Below, in pieces: positions 26,882-35,942 of a stretch of DNA of 64,000 nucleotides. Each line of letters starts with the position of its first letter. Positions within the stretch are counted from its first letter, which is position 1. The DNA is from a virus: the IMG/VR virus record IMGVR_UViG_3300006735_000022, positions 20,936 through 84,935 of that record; one strand, 5' to 3'. The notes beneath the pieces are model-generated. The model saw nothing but the letters and a program-made list of their open reading frames with translations, searched no databases and had not been told where the DNA came from. Both the position numbers and the translations under genes were made by a program.

Positions 26882-27540
26882 ATACAACTTACAACTATGA
26901 GCGGGACACACTAGTCCATCCCTTCTCAGGTCACACTAAAATCTTTGACAACTTCTCTCAAGCATACCAGGACATCTTTGTCCTCAGTATGCTCAAGGGG
27001 AAGCGTAAAGGAAAGTATGTTGAGGTTGGTGCTAACCACCCTCAGGTCATGAGCAACACCTTCCTACTGGAGACTGCTTTCGCTTGGCGTGGGTTCTCTG
27101 TGGAGATTGAGAAGTCTATGTGTGAGGTGTTCAATGGTGACATGGCAAGGCAGAACCATTGCTATGAAGCAGACGCTACCACGTTTGACTTTGCAGATGC
27201 TATTGCTAAGGAGAAGTGGCAGGGACGTGTAGATTATTTCTCTGTTGACTGTGAACCACCTGAGGTTACTTTCAAAGCACTGAAAGCATTCCCACATGAT
27301 ACCTTCCGTGCCAGTGTCATTACGTTTGAGCATGACTCATACAAGGATGGTGATACCATTCGCGATCACTCACGTAAGTTCTTGGAAAAACTTGGTTACC
27401 AATTAGTGTGTGCCAGTGTATGCAACGGTGGTAATCCATACGAAGACTGGTGGGTTGATCCTAAAGTTGTATCGGAAGAGATCTGGAAACCATTTGAGTG
27501 TGTTGACCAGGAAGCCAAGAGTATTATCATTGGTCAATGA
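26878..27540 (+). CDS. FkbM-family SAM-dependent methyltransferase
   Basis: SQAYQD, YVEVGA..P...SNT, DYFSVD.E, ITFEHD. Confidence 0.75.
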   Translation: MNTTYNYERDTLVHPFSGHTKIFDNFSQAYQDIFVLSMLKGKRKGKYVEVGANHPQVMSNTFLLETAFAWRGFSVEIEKSMCEVFNGDMARQNHCYEADATTFDFADAIAKEKWQGRVDYFSVDCEPPEVTFKALKAFPHDTFRASVITFEHDSYKDGDTIRDHSRKFLEKLGYQLVCASVCNGGNPYEDWWVDPKVVSEEIWKPFECVDQEAKSIIIGQ

Positions 27541-28310
27541 AGTTATCTCATTGGTATGGCAGACTGGGTAATAATATCCAGCAGACAGCGATAGGTTTGA
27601 TGTGTGCCCAAGCATATCAAACAAAATTTATTCAACCATTGGAGCATGACATCATCGGAAGGTGGGAGCAACCCTTTGGGGTCAAACCTTCTGGGGTTCA
27701 AGGAAAGTTTTTTTATTACAACGGACCTTTTCATGAAGTTCCTATTGATGCTGGAAAAGTTTATACTGAGATGCGTGCGTTCTGTAAAGAATACGTTCGT
27801 CCGTATCTTTGCTTACCGAGAGTGGATGTTGATCCTGATACTCTTGTCATTCATATTCGGAGTGGAGATGTTTTTGACCAAAGGGTTGATAACCCTGGTC
27901 AATATGTTCCTAATCCTTATTGTTTTTACAGTACATTACTTGAGAGCTTTGATCGTGCAATCGTCGTTACGGAACCTGACCAATTCAATCCGATTGTTGA
28001 GGAACTCAAGTGGGATCCTAAGGTTACGGTCCAGTCTAAAAGTGTTGCGGAAGACTTCGCGACGCTGATGGCAGCAAAGCATGTTGCAACCTCTGGTGTA
28101 GGAACCTTTGCTATGGCAGCAGTATTGTGTAGTGAAAATATCACTGACCTTTACTGCACAAATATTTGCATCGAAGAGCATCTAAACTATAAGATGCTTT
28201 ATAATACTGATGTTACCATCAACATGATGGTCCTGCAGGACTACATCAAGACCGGAGAATGGGCAAACACTGATGAACAAAGAGAATTCCTCTTTAGTTA
28301 CAAGGTATAG
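27537..28310 (+). CDS. GT11-like glycosyltransferase
   Basis: GRLGNNIQQ, IHIRSGDVF, EDF..LM, SGVGTF. Confidence 0.7.
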   Translation: MKLSHWYGRLGNNIQQTAIGLMCAQAYQTKFIQPLEHDIIGRWEQPFGVKPSGVQGKFFYYNGPFHEVPIDAGKVYTEMRAFCKEYVRPYLCLPRVDVDPDTLVIHIRSGDVFDQRVDNPGQYVPNPYCFYSTLLESFDRAIVVTEPDQFNPIVEELKWDPKVTVQSKSVAEDFATLMAAKHVATSGVGTFAMAAVLCSENITDLYCTNICIEEHLNYKMLYNTDVTINMMVLQDYIKTGEWANTDEQREFLFSYKV

Positions 28311-28815
28311 ACTCAAGGTTACTCATCAGAAATTGATTGAGAACTTGTGTTATGATATGCCCTACTATTTTTTCAAGGACTGTGCCTATGGCAACAAAGA
28401 TCATGCCTTGAGAAAGGATATGAATCCGTACTTCAGTCATACGTTACTCCATGTCAATGGCACAACGTCTGACTTTTTCTACAAGATACCTTGGGATGAA
28501 ATAGGTAAGGCAATCAACATGCCTAATGCCAAGATGACCAGGGCACACATGACCTTACAGTATCCAAGACCTGATGCTATAGGTGTACCACACAACGCTC
28601 ACGTTGATGATCACAGACCACACATAGTGGCACTGTATTATCCCAATGAATCAGATGGGGAGACATACTTTTTTGACTCCTCGGGTAACGTGATACATAC
28701 AGAAGAACCTGAACGTGGTAAGATTGTAGTCTTCGATGGCAAGACTTTACACTCTAGTTCTTCACCCTCATCTAATGTTCGATTCTCTTTGAATATAAAT
28801 TATGGCAATCTATGA
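28273..28815 (+). CDS. 2OG-Fe(II) oxygenase
   Basis: AHVD, LYY.N.SDGETYFF, HSSSSP..NVRFSLNIN. Confidence 0.8.
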   Translation: MNKENSSLVTRYRLKVTHQKLIENLCYDMPYYFFKDCAYGNKDHALRKDMNPYFSHTLLHVNGTTSDFFYKIPWDEIGKAINMPNAKMTRAHMTLQYPRPDAIGVPHNAHVDDHRPHIVALYYPNESDGETYFFDSSGNVIHTEEPERGKIVVFDGKTLHSSSSPSSNVRFSLNINYGNL

Positions 28816-29647
28816 TGTCTTTACGTTCTACAATGAACTTGATCTCCTGGAACTGAGGATGAACATCCTTGGTAATGTAGTAGATTACTTTGTTATCAAC
28901 GAAGCAAACATTACCTTCACCGGCAAACCCAAACCCATGTACTTTGCCGAGAACCGTAAGCGGTTCAAGAAGTGGGAAGACAAAATCATCTATCGCGAGA
29001 CGATTGATGACAATGAAACCCTAGAAAGTTATTGGAAGGATGTTCCTTATCATAGGAGCATGATGGAGGAAGACATCTACAAACTGCCACTGCCTTATCA
29101 GAGGGCATGCTTCCATAAAGACAGTGCCATCTATGCCCTGCTAGGCAAGGCAAAGGATGACGACATCATCCTTACGAGTGATGCCGATGAGATTGCTAAC
29201 CCAGAGGCACTGAAGTGTATTGAGGAGTGGTTTGATCCTGCTCACCACTATGTCCTTACTGGTCCTCTGTATTACTACTACCTCAACGTCAAGTGTGAGG
29301 ATCAGTGGATGGGAACACGAGTGTGTGACTTCAAGACACTGAAGACGATGAGTGTTGATAAACTCCGTCAGTCACACCAGGATGCATACAAACTTGCCAA
29401 TGCCTCATGGCACTGGAGTTTCTTTGGTGACGCTGACACCGTGCGGCAGAAGATGGATGCCTATGAGCACCAGGAGAACAACACTGAGGAGTTCCGTTCC
29501 AGTATGGAGGACAGGATCAAGCACAACCTTGACCCATATGGACGCACCTATCTCTACCAACCAACTGTTGTGGAGATCGACGACACCTTCCCTTCATATG
29601 TGAGGGCACAGAAGAATCGTAAACTGAAAAAGTTTGTGAAAGTATGA
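28802..29647 (+). CDS. GT17-like glycosyltransferase (GnT-III/MGAT3-like)
   Basis: YDVFTFYNELDLLELR, E...TFTG.PKP, SDADEI, WHWSFFG. Confidence 0.8.
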   Translation: MAIYDVFTFYNELDLLELRMNILGNVVDYFVINEANITFTGKPKPMYFAENRKRFKKWEDKIIYRETIDDNETLESYWKDVPYHRSMMEEDIYKLPLPYQRACFHKDSAIYALLGKAKDDDIILTSDADEIANPEALKCIEEWFDPAHHYVLTGPLYYYYLNVKCEDQWMGTRVCDFKTLKTMSVDKLRQSHQDAYKLANASWHWSFFGDADTVRQKMDAYEHQENNTEEFRSSMEDRIKHNLDPYGRTYLYQPTVVEIDDTFPSYVRAQKNRKLKKFVKV

Positions 29648-30549
29648 AACTAATTTCGGGACCAGCGGTTGCAGACCTCTGTGATTATAGTTTTGGTGAT
29701 CAGGCAGGTATGGTAGGGGGTGTCTACGGTGCCTTTATGAATGATGCAAACTCATCTAACACTGAGTTCTTGTGTGACAAGGAAGTCATCAAACTATTCA
29801 TTGACAATGTGAGGTTGTACCATAGACCAATTAGGTGTGGTAATAAAAAAGATCAGGTGTGGATCAATGGTCTACAGAAACGTAATGATCTTATGAAACT
29901 ATGTGCACAACATCCTGATAAAAAATTCATAGTCTTCTGTAACAACGAAGATACTCCTGTCAATTCTGACATCGAAATTCCTGACAATGTGTTGGGAATT
30001 TTTGCTGCAAATGCAGTGGGATTCAAAGATAAGTTATATCCATTCCCCTATGGTGTGGGTAGGAAATTGAGTGCTAATGATGAACGCCAAAGGATTCTAC
30101 TCTCTGCTATGGAGAACGATCCGAAACCCAGAAAACTTCTGTACATCAATCATGCAGAGCACACTAACCTCAGTGAACGTGGTAACATCCGTCAGATGTT
30201 CAACGACAGATCCTATGCCACCGTCTCAGACCGAACAGACTACGCCACATATGTCAGATCAATCCAAGACCACAAGTTCATGATCTGTCCTCAGGGTAAT
30301 GCCGTGGACTGTCATCGTAACTGGGAGGTTTTATACTTGAGGCGTGTCCCTATCATGCTAAAGAATGATTATCTTCAGGAGTTATACAAGGACTATCCTG
30401 TCATGTGGGTAGATGACTTTGGTAAAATCAATAAAACTATTCTGACAGATGGTCAAGAACTAGTAGACCGGGCTAGGAATATCGACATCAATCTGCTAGA
30501 CTTGTACTCAGTATTCAACAGAGCAGTGAAACGTGCAAAAAATTCCTGA
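29644..30549 (+). CDS. exostosin/GT47-like glycosyltransferase
   Basis: KFMICPQGNAVDCHRNWEVLYL..VPI. Confidence 0.7.
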   Translation: MKLISGPAVADLCDYSFGDQAGMVGGVYGAFMNDANSSNTEFLCDKEVIKLFIDNVRLYHRPIRCGNKKDQVWINGLQKRNDLMKLCAQHPDKKFIVFCNNEDTPVNSDIEIPDNVLGIFAANAVGFKDKLYPFPYGVGRKLSANDERQRILLSAMENDPKPRKLLYINHAEHTNLSERGNIRQMFNDRSYATVSDRTDYATYVRSIQDHKFMICPQGNAVDCHRNWEVLYLRRVPIMLKNDYLQELYKDYPVMWVDDFGKINKTILTDGQELVDRARNIDINLLDLYSVFNRAVKRAKNS

Positions 30550-31204
30550 TGTCACACTGCTGATGCTTGCTGACGTAGACATTCCTGAAGCTGTCTATGC
30601 GGTAAATAAGTCATGCGAGTCTATTGAATGGGGTGCTGTCAAATTTCTCGGCAGCAAAGGAAGACCGGAAGGTCTTTGTGATCAAGCACAGTATGAGGAA
30701 ACTTATCCAATTCAGAGCATCAATGATTTCAATTTTTATTGCATATATAACCTTATCAATCATATTCAGTCCACGCATTGCCTCCTTATTCATCCTGATG
30801 GTTTTGTTATTAGACCTTGGCTTTGGGATAGCACGTGGTTACAGTACGACTACATCGGTGCCCCCTGGAGAGACGACCCTACCGCCTTCCTCGATCCCTG
30901 GGGTAAGAACCAACGAGTCGGCAATGGGGGATTTTCCCTACGTTCCAGAAAACTACTGGAGGTCCCCAAGCGTGTAGTAATACCTTGGGAAGTCAACGAA
31001 GGAAACTTCTACAAGCATATGAATGCCGGACTATATAATGAGGACGGAAACATATGCGTTCACAACCGGCATCTTTTTGAGGAGCAGGGATGCGTCTTTG
31101 CTCCAGTGGAAGTTGCCGCTAGGTTCTCTAAAGAAGTAGAGTGCCCAGAACACGAAGGTGTTGAGACCTTCGGTTTTCATTATCATTTTCAAGAAATCCG
31201 ATGA
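30533..31204 (+). CDS. DUF5672 GT-A glycosyltransferase-like protein
   Basis: HPDGF, YDYIGAPW, VGNGGFSLRS, NED, FGFH. Confidence 0.75.
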   Translation: MQKIPDVTLLMLADVDIPEAVYAVNKSCESIEWGAVKFLGSKGRPEGLCDQAQYEETYPIQSINDFNFYCIYNLINHIQSTHCLLIHPDGFVIRPWLWDSTWLQYDYIGAPWRDDPTAFLDPWGKNQRVGNGGFSLRSRKLLEVPKRVVIPWEVNEGNFYKHMNAGLYNEDGNICVHNRHLFEEQGCVFAPVEVAARFSKEVECPEHEGVETFGFHYHFQEIR

Positions 31205-31992
31205 CAGTCAAATATTATCCTCTGTGGTGGAACCCCTGGCAAGACAAGCATCTTGATCTAGGTTCAAAGACTGTCAGTATCTCTATTGATAATCTTGATT
31301 ATGATCCGCAGGCAGACGTAAAGATTCTGTTCCTGGCAGAACCATACTCCATCCTCCCTACAGTCACTGAGGGAGCACTCCGTGGTGCTTATCACTTTGA
31401 TAAGATCTACACGTTTACGGAGAGGATGCTAGATGAATACCCTCAAGCAGAATTGTTTGAGTGGGGATCTAGTTGGTTGAACTTCCCTGACTTGCTTATC
31501 GACAAAGGTAACAACGTTACCTTCGTAACTAGTGAGAAGAATCAGACTGTGGGTCACCGCATGCGTCTGGATATTTTTGAAATGCTCAAAAATATTGACG
31601 TATCAAACGGACTCCAGTATTATGCTCATAAGTCTCCTCCTTTTCACCAAAGGAGAAATGACTTCTTCGAGAATGCGAAGTTCCATATTGCAGTAGAGAA
31701 TTCTAGACAAAAGAATTACTTTACTGAGAAGGTCATTGATTGTTTTGCATCTAAGACTGTTCCTATCTACTATGGGTGTGACAACCTTGGTGATTGGTTC
31801 AACATGGATGGAGTGATTGTCTTCCACGACATGGAAGAACTTGAACTTATCCTGAAGCATCTGGATTCAGACAAGTATGACTGGAGGAAGGATGCTATTG
31901 AGGAGAACTATGAAATTGCCAAACGATTCCATAGTGACAATGATGTTGTTCCTAGGTTGACTAGGAAAATAAAGGAATTCGTAGGCAAATGA
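31201..31992 (+). CDS. GT10 (alpha-1,3/4-fucosyltransferase-like) glycosyltransferase
   Basis: KFHIAVENS...YFTEKVIDCF...VPIYYG. Confidence 0.78.
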   Translation: MTVKYYPLWWNPWQDKHLDLGSKTVSISIDNLDYDPQADVKILFLAEPYSILPTVTEGALRGAYHFDKIYTFTERMLDEYPQAELFEWGSSWLNFPDLLIDKGNNVTFVTSEKNQTVGHRMRLDIFEMLKNIDVSNGLQYYAHKSPPFHQRRNDFFENAKFHIAVENSRQKNYFTEKVIDCFASKTVPIYYGCDNLGDWFNMDGVIVFHDMEELELILKHLDSDKYDWRKDAIEENYEIAKRFHSDNDVVPRLTRKIKEFVGK

Positions 31993-32675
31993 GGGTAAGC
32001 TATTGCATCCCAACGCATGACAAAAACCCAAGGTGTCAGCAGTATCTGTTTGACATCTTTCACAGTCTGTCACTGCAAAAAGATATGAACTTCAATGTTT
32101 GGGTGTCAGATCATGGCACATCAAACAAAGTTCTCCGTGCGTGTGAAGAGTATGATGATCTCTTTGAGATCAATTACGTTCAGAACCCAACCAAGATCGG
32201 TAACATTTCTGCCAATACTAATAACGCTATGCGTTTGGCAGATGGTGATATCTTGAAAATTATGTTTAGTGATGATATGATTCTAACCAAGAATCTTACA
32301 TCAGAATTAGACCGTGTGTTTACTGATGATGTAACCTGGGCAGTGACTGGGTATGCTCACACTTTAGATGATGGTAAGACCCATTACAACCCTAAGATTC
32401 CTGTCTATAACAACCGTCTGCTAGAGGGTGTCAACACCCTCAGTTCTCCATCTATTCTTGCTCTCCGTAATGGTTGTGGTGAATACTTCGATGAAGAACT
32501 CACCATGCTGATGGATTGTGACATGTTCTACAGGTTGTATGAAAATTATGGAGAACCTGTAGTGTTACCCCACTACCACATCTCTAATCGTGAACATCCA
32601 CATCAAACCCAGAGGCAGTATGAGCATCTGATGGAATCTGAACTTGCATATTTGAAGGAGAAGCACAACACATGA
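31989..32675 (+). CDS. GT2 glycosyltransferase
   Basis: SYCIPT, VSDH, NTNNAM, FSDD, MDCD. Confidence 0.78.
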   Translation: MRVSYCIPTHDKNPRCQQYLFDIFHSLSLQKDMNFNVWVSDHGTSNKVLRACEEYDDLFEINYVQNPTKIGNISANTNNAMRLADGDILKIMFSDDMILTKNLTSELDRVFTDDVTWAVTGYAHTLDDGKTHYNPKIPVYNNRLLEGVNTLSSPSILALRNGCGEYFDEELTMLMDCDMFYRLYENYGEPVVLPHYHISNREHPHQTQRQYEHLMESELAYLKEKHNT

Positions 32676-33460
32676 TTGGATTCAATCACCTAGGTCGTCA
32701 TGGTCGTTTGGGAAACCAGATGTTCCAGTATGCAGGTCTCCGTGGTATTGCTGCTAAGCATGGGTATGATTTTTGCATCCCACCCAGTGACTTCAAAGAT
32801 GAGTGGACAGACCATCAACTGTTTGAGTGTTTCAAACTCCCTGGTCTGACAAACATCGCAGTTTGTCCTGGACCCTACGTACAGGAAGGACACTTCCACT
32901 TTGATCAGAAATTGTTTGACAACATGCCTGATGGGCATAATGTCTACGGGTATCTACAGAGTGAGAAGTGGTTCATGCACATTGAATCAGAGATCCGTGA
33001 GGACTTTGAATTCAAGAACAATATCAAGGACCCATGTCAAGAGATGATTGGTTCGGTTGACCGACCCATTGCTCTTCATGTTCGTCGTGGTGACTACATA
33101 ACTAACTGCGACAACCATCCACCTTGTACAAAAGAATATTATGATCGTGCACTTTCGCACTTTGATGATAGTAGGACTGTTGTTGTTTTTTCTGACGATC
33201 CTGCTTGGTGTAACGAACAATTTGTAGATGATCGTTTCTTGATCTCTGAAGGTGGCGACAATGTTGCTGACCTGTGTATGATGAGTCTCTGTACTGACTT
33301 CATTATTGCCAACTCTTCATTTTCCTGGTGGGGTTCGTGGTTGAGCACAAATCCAGACAAGAAAATTATTGCCCCGAGTAAATGGTTCGGGACAGGATAT
33401 ACCAAAAACCATAACACCTCTGACCTTTATTGCACTAACTGGGAAGTTATCGATGTCTGA
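32672..33460 (+). CDS. GT11 alpha-1,2-fucosyltransferase-like glycosyltransferase
   Basis: GRLGNQMFQYA, GYLQSEKWF, HVRRGDY, NSSFSWWG. Confidence 0.88.
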   Translation: MIGFNHLGRHGRLGNQMFQYAGLRGIAAKHGYDFCIPPSDFKDEWTDHQLFECFKLPGLTNIAVCPGPYVQEGHFHFDQKLFDNMPDGHNVYGYLQSEKWFMHIESEIREDFEFKNNIKDPCQEMIGSVDRPIALHVRRGDYITNCDNHPPCTKEYYDRALSHFDDSRTVVVFSDDPAWCNEQFVDDRFLISEGGDNVADLCMMSLCTDFIIANSSFSWWGSWLSTNPDKKIIAPSKWFGTGYTKNHNTSDLYCTNWEVIDV

Positions 33461-34415
33461 AACAATTCAACAAGAAGGACTAGAAATTCAAGACTTAGGA
33501 ATGTACGAGGATCTTCAGATCCAACCTGTAAATTCCTGGGATCTTACTAAGACTACATTCATCATTCCTCTGAGGATTGAGAGTGTTGATCGGATGCGTA
33601 ACATCACGACGACACTGATCTATCTTCTGCGTAACTTTGACACACAGATCATTATCAAGGAGCAAGATGTTGAGTCTATCTTCTTGAAGAATGTGGTGCC
33701 AATGCTTGATCAAGCATTGTCTCCTGAGAAGATGACAAAGATCCATCACATCTTTGAGGAGAGTGATGAGGTAGTCTTCCACCGCACTCGTTTGATCAAC
33801 GACATGTTGATGCTGGTTGAGACTCCTGTGGTCTGCAACTATGACTGCGATGTTCTGTTGCCTATGAACAACTACATCCTGGCACAGAATGCTATCCTCT
33901 ATGGTTGGATCCCACCTAATGATCCTGGTGCAATTCCTGAACCTGTGAAGTGTGTCTACCCTTATGGGTATGGTGACTATCAGTATCAACTGCGAGTGAC
34001 TGATGAAGACTGCACTCGATTCATCAACAGCAACTTCAACTTCAATGCATTCCAGAAGAATGCAAACCTGTATGATGCCAAGTTTGGTTTCGTACAGTTC
34101 TTTGACACTAAAGAATACCTCCGACTTGGTGGTGAGAATGAAGGGTTCATTGCTTATGGTTATGAGGATGACGAACGATACATTCGTTTCAACACCTGCT
34201 CACAGGTGCTGCGTCTGAATGATCTCATCTACCACATGGAGCACCGTCGTACTCCTAACTCCTGGTTCAACAACCCCCACATCGAAGAGAACCGTCAACT
34301 GTGGGAAGAACTTCGTAACTTTGGTAAGACAAAGTTTGAAGAGTATTATAAGAATCCTGCATACCTCAAGTATCGTGGTGTTCTCAACGGCAAGCGCCGG
34401 GGTATGAATGACTGA
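33453..34415 (+). CDS. GT-A galactosyltransferase-like glycosyltransferase (GT2/GT7 C-domain)
   Basis: FIIPLR, YDCDV, GGENEGFIAYGYEDDE, YHMEH. Confidence 0.72.
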   Translation: MSETIQQEGLEIQDLGMYEDLQIQPVNSWDLTKTTFIIPLRIESVDRMRNITTTLIYLLRNFDTQIIIKEQDVESIFLKNVVPMLDQALSPEKMTKIHHIFEESDEVVFHRTRLINDMLMLVETPVVCNYDCDVLLPMNNYILAQNAILYGWIPPNDPGAIPEPVKCVYPYGYGDYQYQLRVTDEDCTRFINSNFNFNAFQKNANLYDAKFGFVQFFDTKEYLRLGGENEGFIAYGYEDDERYIRFNTCSQVLRLNDLIYHMEHRRTPNSWFNNPHIEENRQLWEELRNFGKTKFEEYYKNPAYLKYRGVLNGKRRGMND

Positions 34416-35211
34416 TAGGAACAAGTCTATCGACAAACTCAAAGGGTTCCCTAAAGTTCTTTGGATCAACCTAGATCGTGTGCCCCAACGTCGGGCATAC
34501 ATGGAAGAACAACTGAACTACTGGGGACTCAGTGACAACCACCGCATCAGCGGTGTTGATGGTGATGAGTATGAAGAGTACCTAAAAGGTTCTGTTCCTC
34601 ATAACATGAACAAGGGTGAGATTGCATGTGTAATGTCTCACCTGAATGCTTTACGATACTTTGTCGAAGAGACTGACCTGAATGAAATCTTCATCATGGA
34701 AGATGACATCGATCTGTCTACTGTCAAGCATTGGACTTTCACTTGGAAGGATGTAAGGAAGAGACTCCCTATCAACTGGGACTGTCTCCAACTAACCATC
34801 ATCAACCCTAATGGTATTACTCTGAAGTTACACCAAAGGTTTATCAATGACTTCTCTGCTGCTGGATACCTGATCACCAGACACCATGCAACTAAAGTTC
34901 TCAGGTGTCATCAGCGTGGTAACCAGTGGAAACTGGATCAGAACATCAGACCTCGTGCAGTATCTGAAGACTTGATCCTTGACAGTGGCAAGTCATACTC
35001 CACTCCTCTGTTCAACTATCGTTTGGACATGGGTTCTGCTATTCATGAAGAGCACATTGACATCTTCCATAAGGGCAGTAACGAAGCACTAGCACAGTTC
35101 TGGGAGAGGGATGCTAGAGAGCACACCATCGATCAGATCATGGAACTAGACGAATATTGTGGTAGAATTCCACCATCGGTTTACCTTGAGCAAGCAGCAC
35201 AACAACAATGA
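34408..35211 (+). CDS. GT25 glycosyltransferase
   Basis: INLDR...RR, SGVDG, GEIACVMSH, IMEDD, AAGYLI. Confidence 0.85.
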   Translation: MTDRNKSIDKLKGFPKVLWINLDRVPQRRAYMEEQLNYWGLSDNHRISGVDGDEYEEYLKGSVPHNMNKGEIACVMSHLNALRYFVEETDLNEIFIMEDDIDLSTVKHWTFTWKDVRKRLPINWDCLQLTIINPNGITLKLHQRFINDFSAAGYLITRHHATKVLRCHQRGNQWKLDQNIRPRAVSEDLILDSGKSYSTPLFNYRLDMGSAIHEEHIDIFHKGSNEALAQFWERDAREHTIDQIMELDEYCGRIPPSVYLEQAAQQQ

Positions 35212-35942
35212 CAGAGCAACCCGATTTCACATCACCCAAATTCTTTGACCACATCGGTGTGTTTGAGAACTTTGTCAAGTGGGAGTTCTGTGATTCCCTT
35301 GTAGACGTATTTGAATATTGGTATAAGAAAAAGCATTTTGTTGGGGAAGACTCAAGTCATACAGTAACCACTATTGGAGAGGCAGACTTCACCATTGATC
35401 ACTTCAATGATGGTGAGTCACAATTTCCTAAAGGTGGCATGGGTCGTAAGGATCATCAACTCTATCTTGAGGTGTGTGACACAGCGATGACTGCTCAGGT
35501 CAACCAAGCAATTGGTCAGGCGTTTGAGATGTATGTGCAGAAGTATAAAGGTTTGGTTGACTCATGTGATCCCATCTCTTCATGGACATGTAAACTCCAA
35601 CGCACAGATCCTGGCGGTGGATACCATGTATGGCATTGTGAGAATGGTAACTTCCTGTACCGTGACCGTGTGCTGACGTGGATGATCTATTTGAATGACA
35701 TCCCTGCTGAGAATGGTGGCGGCACTGACTTCTATCATCAGGAAAAGACTTTCCATCCCAAGAAGGGAACCATTGTTCTCTGGCCTGCTACTTACACCCA
35801 CATGCACAGAGGTGCATTCCTTACGGGTGATAAATCTAAGTACATTGCTACTGGATGGTTCCTGAGAGAACCAGGTAACGTGACTAACCGTACCGTCAGT
35901 GAAGCAATCGGCAAGACACAACCTATTGATAAACTAAATTGA
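35208..35942 (+). CDS. 2OG-Fe(II) oxygenase
   Basis: GYHVWHCE, RVLTWMIYLND...GGGTDF, THMHRG, KYIATGW. Confidence 0.85.
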   Translation: MTEQPDFTSPKFFDHIGVFENFVKWEFCDSLVDVFEYWYKKKHFVGEDSSHTVTTIGEADFTIDHFNDGESQFPKGGMGRKDHQLYLEVCDTAMTAQVNQAIGQAFEMYVQKYKGLVDSCDPISSWTCKLQRTDPGGGYHVWHCENGNFLYRDRVLTWMIYLNDIPAENGGGTDFYHQEKTFHPKKGTIVLWPATYTHMHRGAFLTGDKSKYIATGWFLREPGNVTNRTVSEAIGKTQPIDKLN

